From the IMG/VR virus record IMGVR_UViG_2541047958_000002, positions 1 to 12,523 of that record: 12,523 bases of DNA, one strand, 5' to 3'. This DNA comes from a virus. Its lineage: Duplodnaviria; Heunggongvirae; Uroviricota; Caudoviricetes. Below are positions 5,670 through 12,523 of this stretch, one piece after another (the first letter of the stretch is position 1; each line of letters starts with the position of its first letter). The notes under the pieces are model-generated. The model did not search any database. It saw nothing but the letters and a program-made list of their open reading frames with translations, and was not told where the DNA came from. A program made the position numbers and the translations under genes.

Positions 5670-8102
5670 ATGGCTACGCAACCTACAAACTTGCCTGTTC
5701 CAAGCGAATCACCACGCGACCTGAAGTTCAACGCCGGGAAAATTGATGAATTTGTAACTTCCCTGGCTGAATGGTATGTGGACCGCTTCGGAATAAAGCA
5801 TTACACCATCGAAGGACTGAAGAATCTGGTACTGCAGCAGATTTATAATCTCGGCTGGAATCCGGTTGGAACATTCCAGGGCGGTGCAACTCTGACAGCG
5901 GCTGGTGACATCATCCAGGACACAAGCACGGGTGTATGGTATCGCTGGGATAACCTGGCAACACTGCCTAAAGTTGTTCCTGCTGGCTCAACTCCTGCAT
6001 CATCTGGTGGGATCGGAGAAGGTAAGTGGCTCGCCGTTGATGTGAGTGATGTGCTTAGAAAGGAGCTGGCTGAACCTGGTGGTGCTGGCATGATGGGTTA
6101 TGACGACTTTGAGTCTTATCAGGATGGTACTGTTGGCAGTGCCATTAAGGATCAGAACTTCAGAAAAAAAATAATCTACAAACTTCCATTTCAGTTCACT
6201 GGGTATTCTGATGCACTGGCGGCAATTGGAGCTGGAAGCATCATATACCCGCAGGGTGCTGACTATGATGATGATGGTCTACTCTTCATTAACTATGTGC
6301 CTAATGCTGGAGGGTCGCTTAGGGTAATAGTTGTTTATAACCAGGCAGGAGAGCAAGTAACGTGGTTTTATAGTCCAAACAGTAGTAATCAGTCTGTGGC
6401 TATATATGGCGGAAGCTCATCACGTAGATTGTATGACAGACGTCTTGGGGATGATTTTGTTTATTATTATGACATAACCACATTACCCGCAGCAGGTAGC
6501 ACGCTTTCAGGGCACACAATAACGACAATTCAGTCGGCTGGATCACATATGTGCATTGAGGGTAATTTACTCTTCTGCACATTAAACGCGACACCGATAG
6601 GAACATCGCAGTCGCAGACGGTTGTAAATTCGTACCGTGTTGATACTGGTGAGAAGCAGGGAACTATAAATGTCTCCCAGATGTTGACAGGGTTTGCAAC
6701 TCCAGAGCTTTCGCCAACCTACTATTACAGGGTATGGAAAATTCAAGGTTTGGCATACAAGAATGGAATCCTCCATATTGGGGTTGGTGGGAGCTATCGC
6801 CCTACATTAGATGATGCAAAATATCCTGTGCATGATTACGGCGTCCTCCGAGTGTCACTCTCTGGTGAGTTAATAGACCACTCTGTTGTGAAATCAGATA
6901 AGTTGATGACATATCTGGCATCAAACGGTTGCACCGTCTCAAGAACAGAGTCAGAGGGATGTTTCAAGCACCCTGACGGCACTATCCATTCAATTCTTAT
7001 TGGTGATATGGCTGAATCATCTCCTAGCACACCCAATGGCATTGTTATAATGAGGGAGTTTTCACGGGATGGATTTAACATGCTGGATGCCGCTTCCGGA
7101 TATTGTCCTCTCCCAACGTATGGATTTAATCGACTTATGCGATCTGAGCAGGGGGCATTGTGCGATCCCGTATTAAACACAGTATTTAGTAGCGTAACTC
7201 AGATTCTTGATTTAATGGCTTCATTAAACTTAACTGAGTTCTCATGGTTTTCAACCATAGCACCTTCACTAACCACAATACCCGGCCTTAATTACGTAAT
7301 AGGACAAATCTACCATGTTACCAATCTTAACAATGGAGGATTTGTTATTGAATCTTCTGGTACTGCGCTTGGGATGGAAGTGTATAGCGTAGTTGGAAGT
7401 CTTGGATCATGGACTGCTACAAGGCGTTCCATTTCAGGTTCAAAGATTAATATTAATAATGCAGGTAGCTTAGGACAAATTTCATTTACAGCATCTACAG
7501 GTAAAGAAGTTGGTATTGCCCAAATAAGCTATACAGGGACTTCTACACCTCTTGTTATCGGCTCTGGAGGAACTTTAAACCCTAATGCTATTTTCTTCTT
7601 CACAAATCCGACAGTGACAAGTGAAAGTGGGGGAACTCAATCTTTTCAGATTTACAATAATCAGGTACTACCTGGCGTCTCTAGCGCGCAGTCTAACGGG
7701 AGTGCGTCATTTAAATGGACTCAGTTCTACGCCGATTCTGGTTCCATTAACACATCTGACAGAAGGAAGAAGACAGATTTCGAGGATATAAGTGAAGCCG
7801 AAAAGCGTGTAGCTATCAAGATTAAGGGAATGATTTGTCGGTACAGAATGAAGGATGCGGTAGCTATTAAAGGCGATGGCGCAAGATATCATATAGGTGC
7901 AATTGTTCAGGATGTTATCTCTGCGTTCGAGGATGAAGGACTAGACCCCATGCTTTACGGTATGGTTTGTTATGATAAGTGGGATAAGAAGGAACCAATA
8001 TATGATGAAAATGGTGCTATGATATTCTCAGGTTGCGAAGCCGGTGATGGTTACTCTTTAAGATATGATGAGATGTTATGTTTCATTATCTCAGCCATTT
8101 GA
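5670..8102 (+). CDS. Tail fiber / tailspike protein (810 aa) with a C-terminal intramolecular chaperone (peptidase S74-type) self-cleaving domain
   Basis: The N-terminal about 150 aa carry a 'YRWDNLATLPKVVPAGSTPASSGGIGEGKW' block that I recall from endosialidase-type and related tail fibers. The C-terminal about 115 aa ('TSDRRKK...ARYHIGAIVQDVISAF...MVCYDKW') match the Ser-x4-Lys autoproteolytic chaperone domain. The central 500 aa are unassigned and AT-rich. Confidence 0.85.
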   Translation: MATQPTNLPVPSESPRDLKFNAGKIDEFVTSLAEWYVDRFGIKHYTIEGLKNLVLQQIYNLGWNPVGTFQGGATLTAAGDIIQDTSTGVWYRWDNLATLPKVVPAGSTPASSGGIGEGKWLAVDVSDVLRKELAEPGGAGMMGYDDFESYQDGTVGSAIKDQNFRKKIIYKLPFQFTGYSDALAAIGAGSIIYPQGADYDDDGLLFINYVPNAGGSLRVIVVYNQAGEQVTWFYSPNSSNQSVAIYGGSSSRRLYDRRLGDDFVYYYDITTLPAAGSTLSGHTITTIQSAGSHMCIEGNLLFCTLNATPIGTSQSQTVVNSYRVDTGEKQGTINVSQMLTGFATPELSPTYYYRVWKIQGLAYKNGILHIGVGGSYRPTLDDAKYPVHDYGVLRVSLSGELIDHSVVKSDKLMTYLASNGCTVSRTESEGCFKHPDGTIHSILIGDMAESSPSTPNGIVIMREFSRDGFNMLDAASGYCPLPTYGFNRLMRSEQGALCDPVLNTVFSSVTQILDLMASLNLTEFSWFSTIAPSLTTIPGLNYVIGQIYHVTNLNNGGFVIESSGTALGMEVYSVVGSLGSWTATRRSISGSKININNAGSLGQISFTASTGKEVGIAQISYTGTSTPLVIGSGGTLNPNAIFFFTNPTVTSESGGTQSFQIYNNQVLPGVSSAQSNGSASFKWTQFYADSGSINTSDRRKKTDFEDISEAEKRVAIKIKGMICRYRMKDAVAIKGDGARYHIGAIVQDVISAFEDEGLDPMLYGMVCYDKWDKKEPIYDENGAMIFSGCEAGDGYSLRYDEMLCFIISAI

Positions 8103-8302
8103 AAAATAACGATGACCTTCCAATGTTAAAACATTGATTTGTGCTGTTTTTTATTCATTGTTGCAAGGTCATTGTATATTATTTGAATGGGTTTAGACTC
8201 TAGTATTTCGAATTGTTTAATGGTTTTAACTAATCATGAGTATGGATGGCAACAGCAAAATCGTGTTAGGATAGGAAAAAATCGATTTCAGGACTCAAAT
8301 CA

Positions 8303-8336
8303 ATGAATGACTCACTTCAATGACTCACTTCAATGG
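8303..8336 (+). repeat. Tandem 13-bp direct repeat (ATGACTCACTTCA x2, with partial flanking copies)
   Basis: ATGA / ATGACTCACTTCA (8307-8319) / ATGACTCACTTCA (8320-8332) / ATGG. The unit length is not a multiple of 3, so successive ATGs fall in all three frames. Confidence 0.6.
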
Positions 8337-8498
8337 CTAACTCGAATTGTTGGCGTATATTGTCTGATAGATATGATAATGATTCTGTTGGGTATCAACG
8401 AGTGGTCGAAGTGGGTCATTTTCTCAAATTGCATCATGATTGCTATATGGGGATGGTCTGAGCGTAACAATTACAGGGGCTCAAGTAATGGAGAGTGA
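8307..8498 (+). CDS. Hypothetical small hydrophobic protein (63 aa, two predicted transmembrane segments)
   Basis: ORF in AT-rich DNA where chance ORFs are rarer. Hydrophobic stretches 'IVGVYCLIDMIMILLGI' and 'WVIFSNCIMIAIWGW'. Its ATG is the first copy of the 13-bp repeat. The RBS is weak. Speculative. Confidence 0.3.
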   Translation: MTHFNDSLQWLTRIVGVYCLIDMIMILLGINEWSKWVIFSNCIMIAIWGWSERNNYRGSSNGE

Positions 8499-8709
8499 AG
8501 AGTTTTTAGCTAGCCTCAAGCCTGGAGAAAAATGGTTGGCTGAAGGGGTGGTAAGAAGTAGAAAAGAAGGTGCCTGGAGTGTTATCCGTATATCTGATAA
8601 CGATAGCCAATGGGAGGCTACCTTCATGGGAAGAACATTGCCGGTGCTTTTCAGATCTAAAGAGTTGGCACTAATCGCTTTACTTGAACTATCTGTATGC
8701 CACGACTAA
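8488..8709 (+). CDS. Hypothetical small protein (73 aa)
   Basis: ORF 8440..8709 in the track begins at TTG; the internal ATG at 8488 is preceded by AGGGG (8475-8479). Its stop is followed by the bidirectional terminator. No family recognised. Confidence 0.4.
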   Translation: MESEEFLASLKPGEKWLAEGVVRSRKEGAWSVIRISDNDSQWEATFMGRTLPVLFRSKELALIALLELSVCHD

Positions 8710-8711
8710 AA

Positions 8712-8731
8712 GCGGCGTAAATTTACGCCGC
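8712..8731. terminator. Bidirectional intrinsic terminator between convergent genes
   Basis: Perfect 20-nt palindrome GCGGCGTAAATTTACGCCGC (8712-8731). It lies 3 nt after the plus-strand stop (8707-8709) and 8 nt after the minus-strand stop (8739-8741). A/T runs flank both sides; the U-tract is better on the minus strand. Confidence 0.55.
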
Positions 8732-8738
8732 ATAAATA

Positions 8739-9710
8739 TTAGACTACTCTTCGCAAAATCGGTATTGCAGTAAATATTTTGACAATGATAATTGAAGATG
8801 CAATGTAAAATACTGCCGCCAGAGGAATGCCCCATACATAATTTGTAATTGGCAGGTACTTCCATGAAGTGAAAATAATTAATGGGTGAACTAGGTAGAT
8901 GCCAAATGCATGCTTTGAAATTATTTTTATTATTGGGTTTGTTAAGTTAGATATGTTCTTAGCATAACCAATGCAAGCAAATGTCGTAGCTATCGCCGTA
9001 ATGGCTATAATCGGGCTGAAGTTCTTCAAGCTCATTCCTTGATATTCGCCATGAACTATCCCTTTGTTAACATAAATGGTAATAACGGAAAGTGTCAATG
9101 ATAGGATAGCAAATACAATTCTGTTCTTAATTATCAAGTCTTCCTTACGTGCAGCTATGTATCCTGCAAAAACATAGAGCATTAAATAACTTGCAAATGG
9201 AACGCTTATCTTTGGAACGGGTATTCCTATTGCATTAAGCTCCGGGTATAAGGATGTGCTGTAAAACAGAATTGCGAATATCAATAGGCTATAGCGTGTT
9301 CTTATCTCTCTACATCCCATAACTATCATTGGAACAAAAAGATAAATTGCAATGTAATCGTACATAAACCAAAGGTGTATGCTTGATGGTTTCATAGGGC
9401 TAAAACTATCTATGCCTGCATTTTTAAAAATTATCAAATATGCTGCGTAAATTATCCACCAAAACGCCAGTGGAATTACAAGGAGATTTATTCCTTTAAG
9501 GATGAAGCCTTCGAATTCAATTTTTTTGTTAGCATAGAGAAAGCCGGTTATGACAATGAATATACCAATGCATTGTTTCGAAATTGCACTATAAACATTG
9601 GCCCACTCCCAGTCAGGCGCGAGTTTGGCCCCAACAGGCCCGGCGCTGGCATGCAGTAGAACTACCAATATTATTGCTATGAAACGTGCAAAGACCACTC
9701 CATAATTCAT
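8739..9710 (-). CDS. Integral-membrane acyltransferase, acyltransferase-3 (AT3) family, probable polysaccharide O-acetyltransferase (323 aa)
   Basis: Minus-strand ORF with GGAG 7-8 nt upstream of the ATG. Strongly hydrophobic multi-pass protein with an N-terminal 'FARFIAIILVVLLHA' motif typical of AT3 proteins (cf. 'LRAIAVLxVVxFH'). AT-rich codon usage. Confidence 0.8.
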   Translation of the reverse strand: MNYGVVFARFIAIILVVLLHASAGPVGAKLAPDWEWANVYSAISKQCIGIFIVITGFLYANKKIEFEGFILKGINLLVIPLAFWWIIYAAYLIIFKNAGIDSFSPMKPSSIHLWFMYDYIAIYLFVPMIVMGCREIRTRYSLLIFAILFYSTSLYPELNAIGIPVPKISVPFASYLMLYVFAGYIAARKEDLIIKNRIVFAILSLTLSVITIYVNKGIVHGEYQGMSLKNFSPIIAITAIATTFACIGYAKNISNLTNPIIKIISKHAFGIYLVHPLIIFTSWKYLPITNYVWGIPLAAVFYIASSIIIVKIFTAIPILRRVV

Positions 9711-9753
9711 GAATGTCTCCAGTTGACGGGCTTACGCCCGTCTTAGTTGATTA

Positions 9754-11712
9754 TTATTTATTAAGCACACTTAAGATCTTATCTTTAAATCCGTTCACTG
9801 CCATCTGTGAGCCATCTTTTGATAAATGCCCCCCATCTGAATACATGATTTTGTCATTGAATATTGAACGGCAGGTTCCGTTAGAACAAAACACTTCATA
9901 CGGGTCCATGTAGTAAGTATTTCTCATTGACTGGGCAGCCTTCTTTAACATCTGATTTAGTTTGTACGAGTGAGCAGTTCTCTCTCTTACATTCAATTGT
10001 TCAGAACACGGACCTGTCGCAAATGATGGTCTAGTGATACAAGCCACCACACCATTTTTATCGCCAACCCGAGGAGGAGAACCGATAATAATCAAAGGCC
10101 TTCCTCCTGTGTCTTTTCTTAGTAACTTAAGTTGCTCGATAACATATGAATAATATTCATCTTTATCCTTAAAGATGATTTTTTCGCCAGTTTTACGGTT
10201 GGTAAGAACATCTTTTGATGTATCCCAAGAGTGCGAAATAATGAGAGGCTTACTGTTACCTTTAAGCAAGTTGTACAAGTTGCCATATTGCCCGGAGCAT
10301 AGATTGTCCGGCCCGGTCCCTGGCGTTCGGATTGAGTCTCTGCTTATTAAGCACCCATGAGCAAACAAGGTGTCAGCTTTAATATGGTTATCTTTAAAGA
10401 AATTATCCAGGCCATATGCATACTGATTGGCATAACTATCGCCAGCCACTATTACTGATGATTCCTTTACATTTAAATCACCTATTGTTTTTTTGTAGCC
10501 ATAATCGTGACCACCATATTGCTCAAAGTGATATTGGCCTGCATTCTCGGCCAAGGTTACGTATTTTTCATTAACACGCCATGTCATGCCGTTACTTTCA
10601 TAGGAGTATTTTCCTGCGAAAATCAAGATGGCAATGATTGAACCTACGCACGAATATACAGTAACAATTTTAAATTTATCGAGTTTAACGTTATGGAGTC
10701 GGAATGTTTTCTCAATACAGTAAAACGTGATCAGGGAAAAAATTGCTGTGATTATTATCATGGCAATTTTATCAATGATATCTGGCGTAGTTGCAATATA
10801 GTAGTTATAAAAAACTATCACGGGCCAATGTACAAGATACAAAGAGTAACTGATTAACCCTATGTATATGGCAACTTTGTTATCTGTTACAACTGAAACT
10901 TTAGCATTGCCAGCGTAAATGGCCATGCCCGCGCCAATACATGGGATTAATGCCATTACACCTGGGAATTGAGTTGTTTCATTGTACATAAACATGCTGA
11001 TAATAATAATTGCTATACCAGTCATGTATAGTACATTAAGAATCATACCTTTTGGCTGTTTTAATCTTTCAAGGAATACGACTATAGCCCCAACAGCAAA
11101 TTCGAATGCTCTGGATGTTGTTAGAAAATATGACTTATTAGAATCTGAAGGTAGTAGTGATTGTGAGTAAATAATGCTCACTACAAACATTATACTGATT
11201 ATAGCGATAATGCCATTTTTTGATTTTAATTTGTACGCCAACGTTAACAATAAAGGCCATACGAGATAGAATTGCTCTTCGACAGACAAAGACCATGTAT
11301 GTAGCAATGGTTTTGTGATTGATGAAGCGTCAAAGTAGTCACTACTTAACCAAAAGAAGAAGTTTGATAAAGAAATGACTGCAAATATGAGAGACTTTCC
11401 AAAATCAATCATTTGCTGCGGTGAAAATAAGAGCATGGCAGCAATTAAGCTCAGAGCACTTACAAAAAATAACGCTGGAAGAAGCCGCAATGCACGACGG
11501 GTATAAAATTGACCAAAAGTAAAAGCGTTTGATTCAAGTTGCCCAGTAATATTTCTGGTTATCAAATAGCCGCTGATAACAAAGAAAACGTCTACGCCAA
11601 CGAAACCACCAGGGAAGCTAAGCCCTATGTGGAAGAAAATCACGCCAAGGACGGCTATTGCACGTAATCCGTCAATGTCTCCACGATACTTTTTTGCGAC
11701 AACTAAGTTCAC
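9754..11712 (-). CDS. OafA-like O-acetyltransferase: N-terminal AT3 membrane domain fused to a C-terminal SGNH hydrolase-like domain (652 aa)
   Basis: Minus-strand ORF with a GTG start. The N-terminus 'DIDGLRAIAVLGVIFFHIG...VGVDVFFVISGYLIT...TWSLSVEEQFY' matches AT3 signature blocks as recalled for Salmonella OafA. The C-terminal soluble domain has SGNH-like blocks ('VAGDSYANQ', 'DGGHLS'). It sits 43 nt upstream of the 323-aa AT3 gene on the same strand, so the two are likely an operon. Confidence 0.85.
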   Translation of the reverse strand: MNLVVAKKYRGDIDGLRAIAVLGVIFFHIGLSFPGGFVGVDVFFVISGYLITRNITGQLESNAFTFGQFYTRRALRLLPALFFVSALSLIAAMLLFSPQQMIDFGKSLIFAVISLSNFFFWLSSDYFDASSITKPLLHTWSLSVEEQFYLVWPLLLTLAYKLKSKNGIIAIISIMFVVSIIYSQSLLPSDSNKSYFLTTSRAFEFAVGAIVVFLERLKQPKGMILNVLYMTGIAIIIISMFMYNETTQFPGVMALIPCIGAGMAIYAGNAKVSVVTDNKVAIYIGLISYSLYLVHWPVIVFYNYYIATTPDIIDKIAMIIITAIFSLITFYCIEKTFRLHNVKLDKFKIVTVYSCVGSIIAILIFAGKYSYESNGMTWRVNEKYVTLAENAGQYHFEQYGGHDYGYKKTIGDLNVKESSVIVAGDSYANQYAYGLDNFFKDNHIKADTLFAHGCLISRDSIRTPGTGPDNLCSGQYGNLYNLLKGNSKPLIISHSWDTSKDVLTNRKTGEKIIFKDKDEYYSYVIEQLKLLRKDTGGRPLIIIGSPPRVGDKNGVVACITRPSFATGPCSEQLNVRERTAHSYKLNQMLKKAAQSMRNTYYMDPYEVFCSNGTCRSIFNDKIMYSDGGHLSKDGSQMAVNGFKDKILSVLNK

Positions 11713-11825
11713 GAGAGAAGCCTACTAAAGTTAAAACGCGCATTTTAGTAGCTATCAGGACATGAAAAAAGAGAAAACTAGTAAATTATCAATAAACTAT
11801 ATCTACGTTCCTGAGCGAATGTGTT

Positions 11826-11834
11826 GGTGATCAC
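11826..11834. promoter_or_regulatory. GGTGATCAC palindromic motif, copy 1 (contains a Dam GATC site)
   Basis: Exact 9-mer containing the 8-bp perfect palindrome GTGATCAC. It sits in the divergent control region between the acyltransferase operon and the LexA-box promoter. Confidence 0.3.
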
Positions 11835-11882
11835 AAAACATGAGCAACTAATACAATTGTTTGCAATCCTTCAGACACATAA

Positions 11883-11891
11883 GGTGATCAC
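11883..11891. promoter_or_regulatory. GGTGATCAC palindromic motif, copy 2 (contains a Dam GATC site)
   Basis: Identical 9-mer 57 bp from copy 1, with similar A-rich 3' flanks (aaaaca / ggaaaaa). Confidence 0.3.
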
Positions 11892-11929
11892 GGAAAAATA
11901 GTATTGCCATAATTTAGAGGATAGATGTG

Positions 11930-11945
11930 CTGTATTTATATACAG
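11930..11945. promoter_or_regulatory. LexA (SOS) box, CTGT-N8-ACAG
   Basis: CTGTATTTATATACAG matches the E. coli LexA consensus CTGTATATATATACAG at 15 of 16 positions. It overlaps a candidate -10 (TATATA 11937-11942); TTTAGA at 11913-11918 is a possible -35. A T7 run follows. Confidence 0.6.
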
Positions 11946-11979
11946 TTTTTTTGGGGCTATATGCCGCATCGTTCAAATA

Positions 11980-12201
11980 TTGAGATCGCCTTCATGGGCC
12001 TCGATTGTGCATGAAAGGTCAGGCCGCAGGATTGTGAAAACTGCTGATTTTGTTCAGGAACTTCTAAAGGTCAGCTGGGACTTCAGCATGGAAGAGGCGA
12101 ACCTTTGGATAGCAAGGTACACAACCTGCTTCAAAGACATCACTCCTGATCACGGGGAGAACAAAACCTGGTTCATGTACAACCCGAATGGAGGGCTTTG
12201 A
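11980..12201 (+). CDS. Hypothetical small protein (73 aa; start uncertain, TTG in the track)
   Basis: ORF lying between the LexA box and the UmuD'-like ORF. Its stop (12199-12201) is 1 nt from the next ATG. No canonical ATG start with an RBS was found, so the call is weak. Confidence 0.3.
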   Translation: MRSPSWASIVHERSGRRIVKTADFVQELLKVSWDFSMEEANLWIARYTTCFKDITPDHGENKTWFMYNPNGGL

Positions 12202-12202
12202 T

Positions 12203-12523
12203 ATGGGGTTCCCAAGTCCAGCAAGGGATTACATCGAAAGTAAGCTTAATGTGAATGTTATATGCGGAGTCACCACTAACAGCCTAGTGATTGAGACATC
12301 GCAAGGATTTGCTGTGATAGAAAAGGGCATGAAGCCATCGCCAGACAGTACCTACCTGATTTCGTATTCAGGAGGTTGTCACTTTGCCAAACGTAGAGGC
12401 GATGCGCTGATAACGATAGATGGTGAAGTACTTGAAGGAGAGGTTCTGGATGAGGTGGATGTGAAGGGAATTCTGACCTACCTGATTAACCGGGCGGTGG
12501 ATGATGATAACCCGGTGATTTAA
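12203..12523 (+). CDS. UmuD'-like protein (S24 LexA/UmuD superfamily), beginning at the GFPSPA cleavage-site motif (106 aa; track ORF starts at 12188)
   Basis: The ATG at 12203 is preceded by GGAGGG (12190-12195). The product starts 'MGFPSPARDYIE', matching the 'C/GFPSPAxDY' auto-cleavage junction of UmuD/MucA. Downstream blocks 'STYLISYSGGCH' and 'RRGDALITIDGEV' align loosely with 'ATYFVKASGDSM' and 'HGDIVIAAVDGEF' of UmuD. The protein is shorter than UmuD. The stop is at the window end. Confidence 0.5.
   Translation: MGFPSPARDYIESKLNVNVICGVTTNSLVIETSQGFAVIEKGMKPSPDSTYLISYSGGCHFAKRRGDALITIDGEVLEGEVLDEVDVKGILTYLINRAVDDDNPVI

Noticed and set aside
5843-7892. Five minus-strand ORFs of 61-114 aa inside the tail-fiber gene
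   Set aside because: Embedded antisense to an ORF with strong family signatures at both ends.
9725-9742. Hairpin GACGGGC-ttac-GCCCGTC between the two acyltransferase genes
   Set aside because: No U-tract on the transcribed (minus) strand, so it is not an intrinsic terminator; possibly an mRNA stability or processing element. Too weak to call as a feature.
9713-11170. Three short plus-strand ORFs (9713..9913, 10175..10360, 10982..11170)
   Set aside because: Antisense to the OafA-like acyltransferase gene; no start signals.
11930-11952. LexA-box palindrome plus T7 run read as a terminator
   Set aside because: The stem would be almost entirely A/T, and the match to the LexA consensus explains the palindrome better.
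12188-12523. A umuC-like polymerase gene expected after the umuD-like ORF
   Set aside because: The window ends at the umuD-like stop codon, so presence or absence cannot be judged.
1-12523. CRISPR arrays, tRNA/rRNA genes, insertion-sequence transposases, integrase, attachment-site repeats
   Set aside because: No regularly spaced repeats, no tRNA-like conserved arms, no transposase- or integrase-like ORFs seen. An integrase may lie left of alpA outside the window. Flanking direct repeats could not be searched reliably by eye.

Overview
This window reads as a decayed lambdoid prophage or phage-derived island from an enterobacterial chromosome. No search or computation was possible, so every homology call rests on recalled family signatures and all G+C statements are eye estimates. 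Left to right: a complete minus-strand AlpA-family regulator gene (1-216); a plus-strand run of small genes of unknown function (363-2166) ending in a Cys-rich zinc-ribbon protein; a leader with two dyad-symmetry elements; an N-terminally truncated lambda-type Ser/Thr phosphatase ORF (2370-2768); then tail genes: an NlpC/P60 peptidase (2731-3147), an 825-aa tail-tip protein with I-like and J-like regions (3134-5611), a strong intrinsic terminator, and an 810-aa tail fiber with a C-terminal self-cleaving chaperone domain (5670-8102). From about 6.1 kb to 11.95 kb the DNA is markedly AT-rich. That block holds the distal fiber, two small overlapping ORFs, a bidirectional terminator and a minus-strand pair of membrane acyltransferases (9754-11712 and 8739-9710), which is most likely a surface-polysaccharide O-acetylation (lysogenic conversion) module. 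At the right edge a near-consensus LexA box precedes a small ORF and a short UmuD'-like ORF. The most promising candidate for something undescribed is the AT-rich cargo block and its control region, but nothing here is demonstrably novel from sequence alone. No rRNA, tRNA, CRISPR array or transposase was seen.
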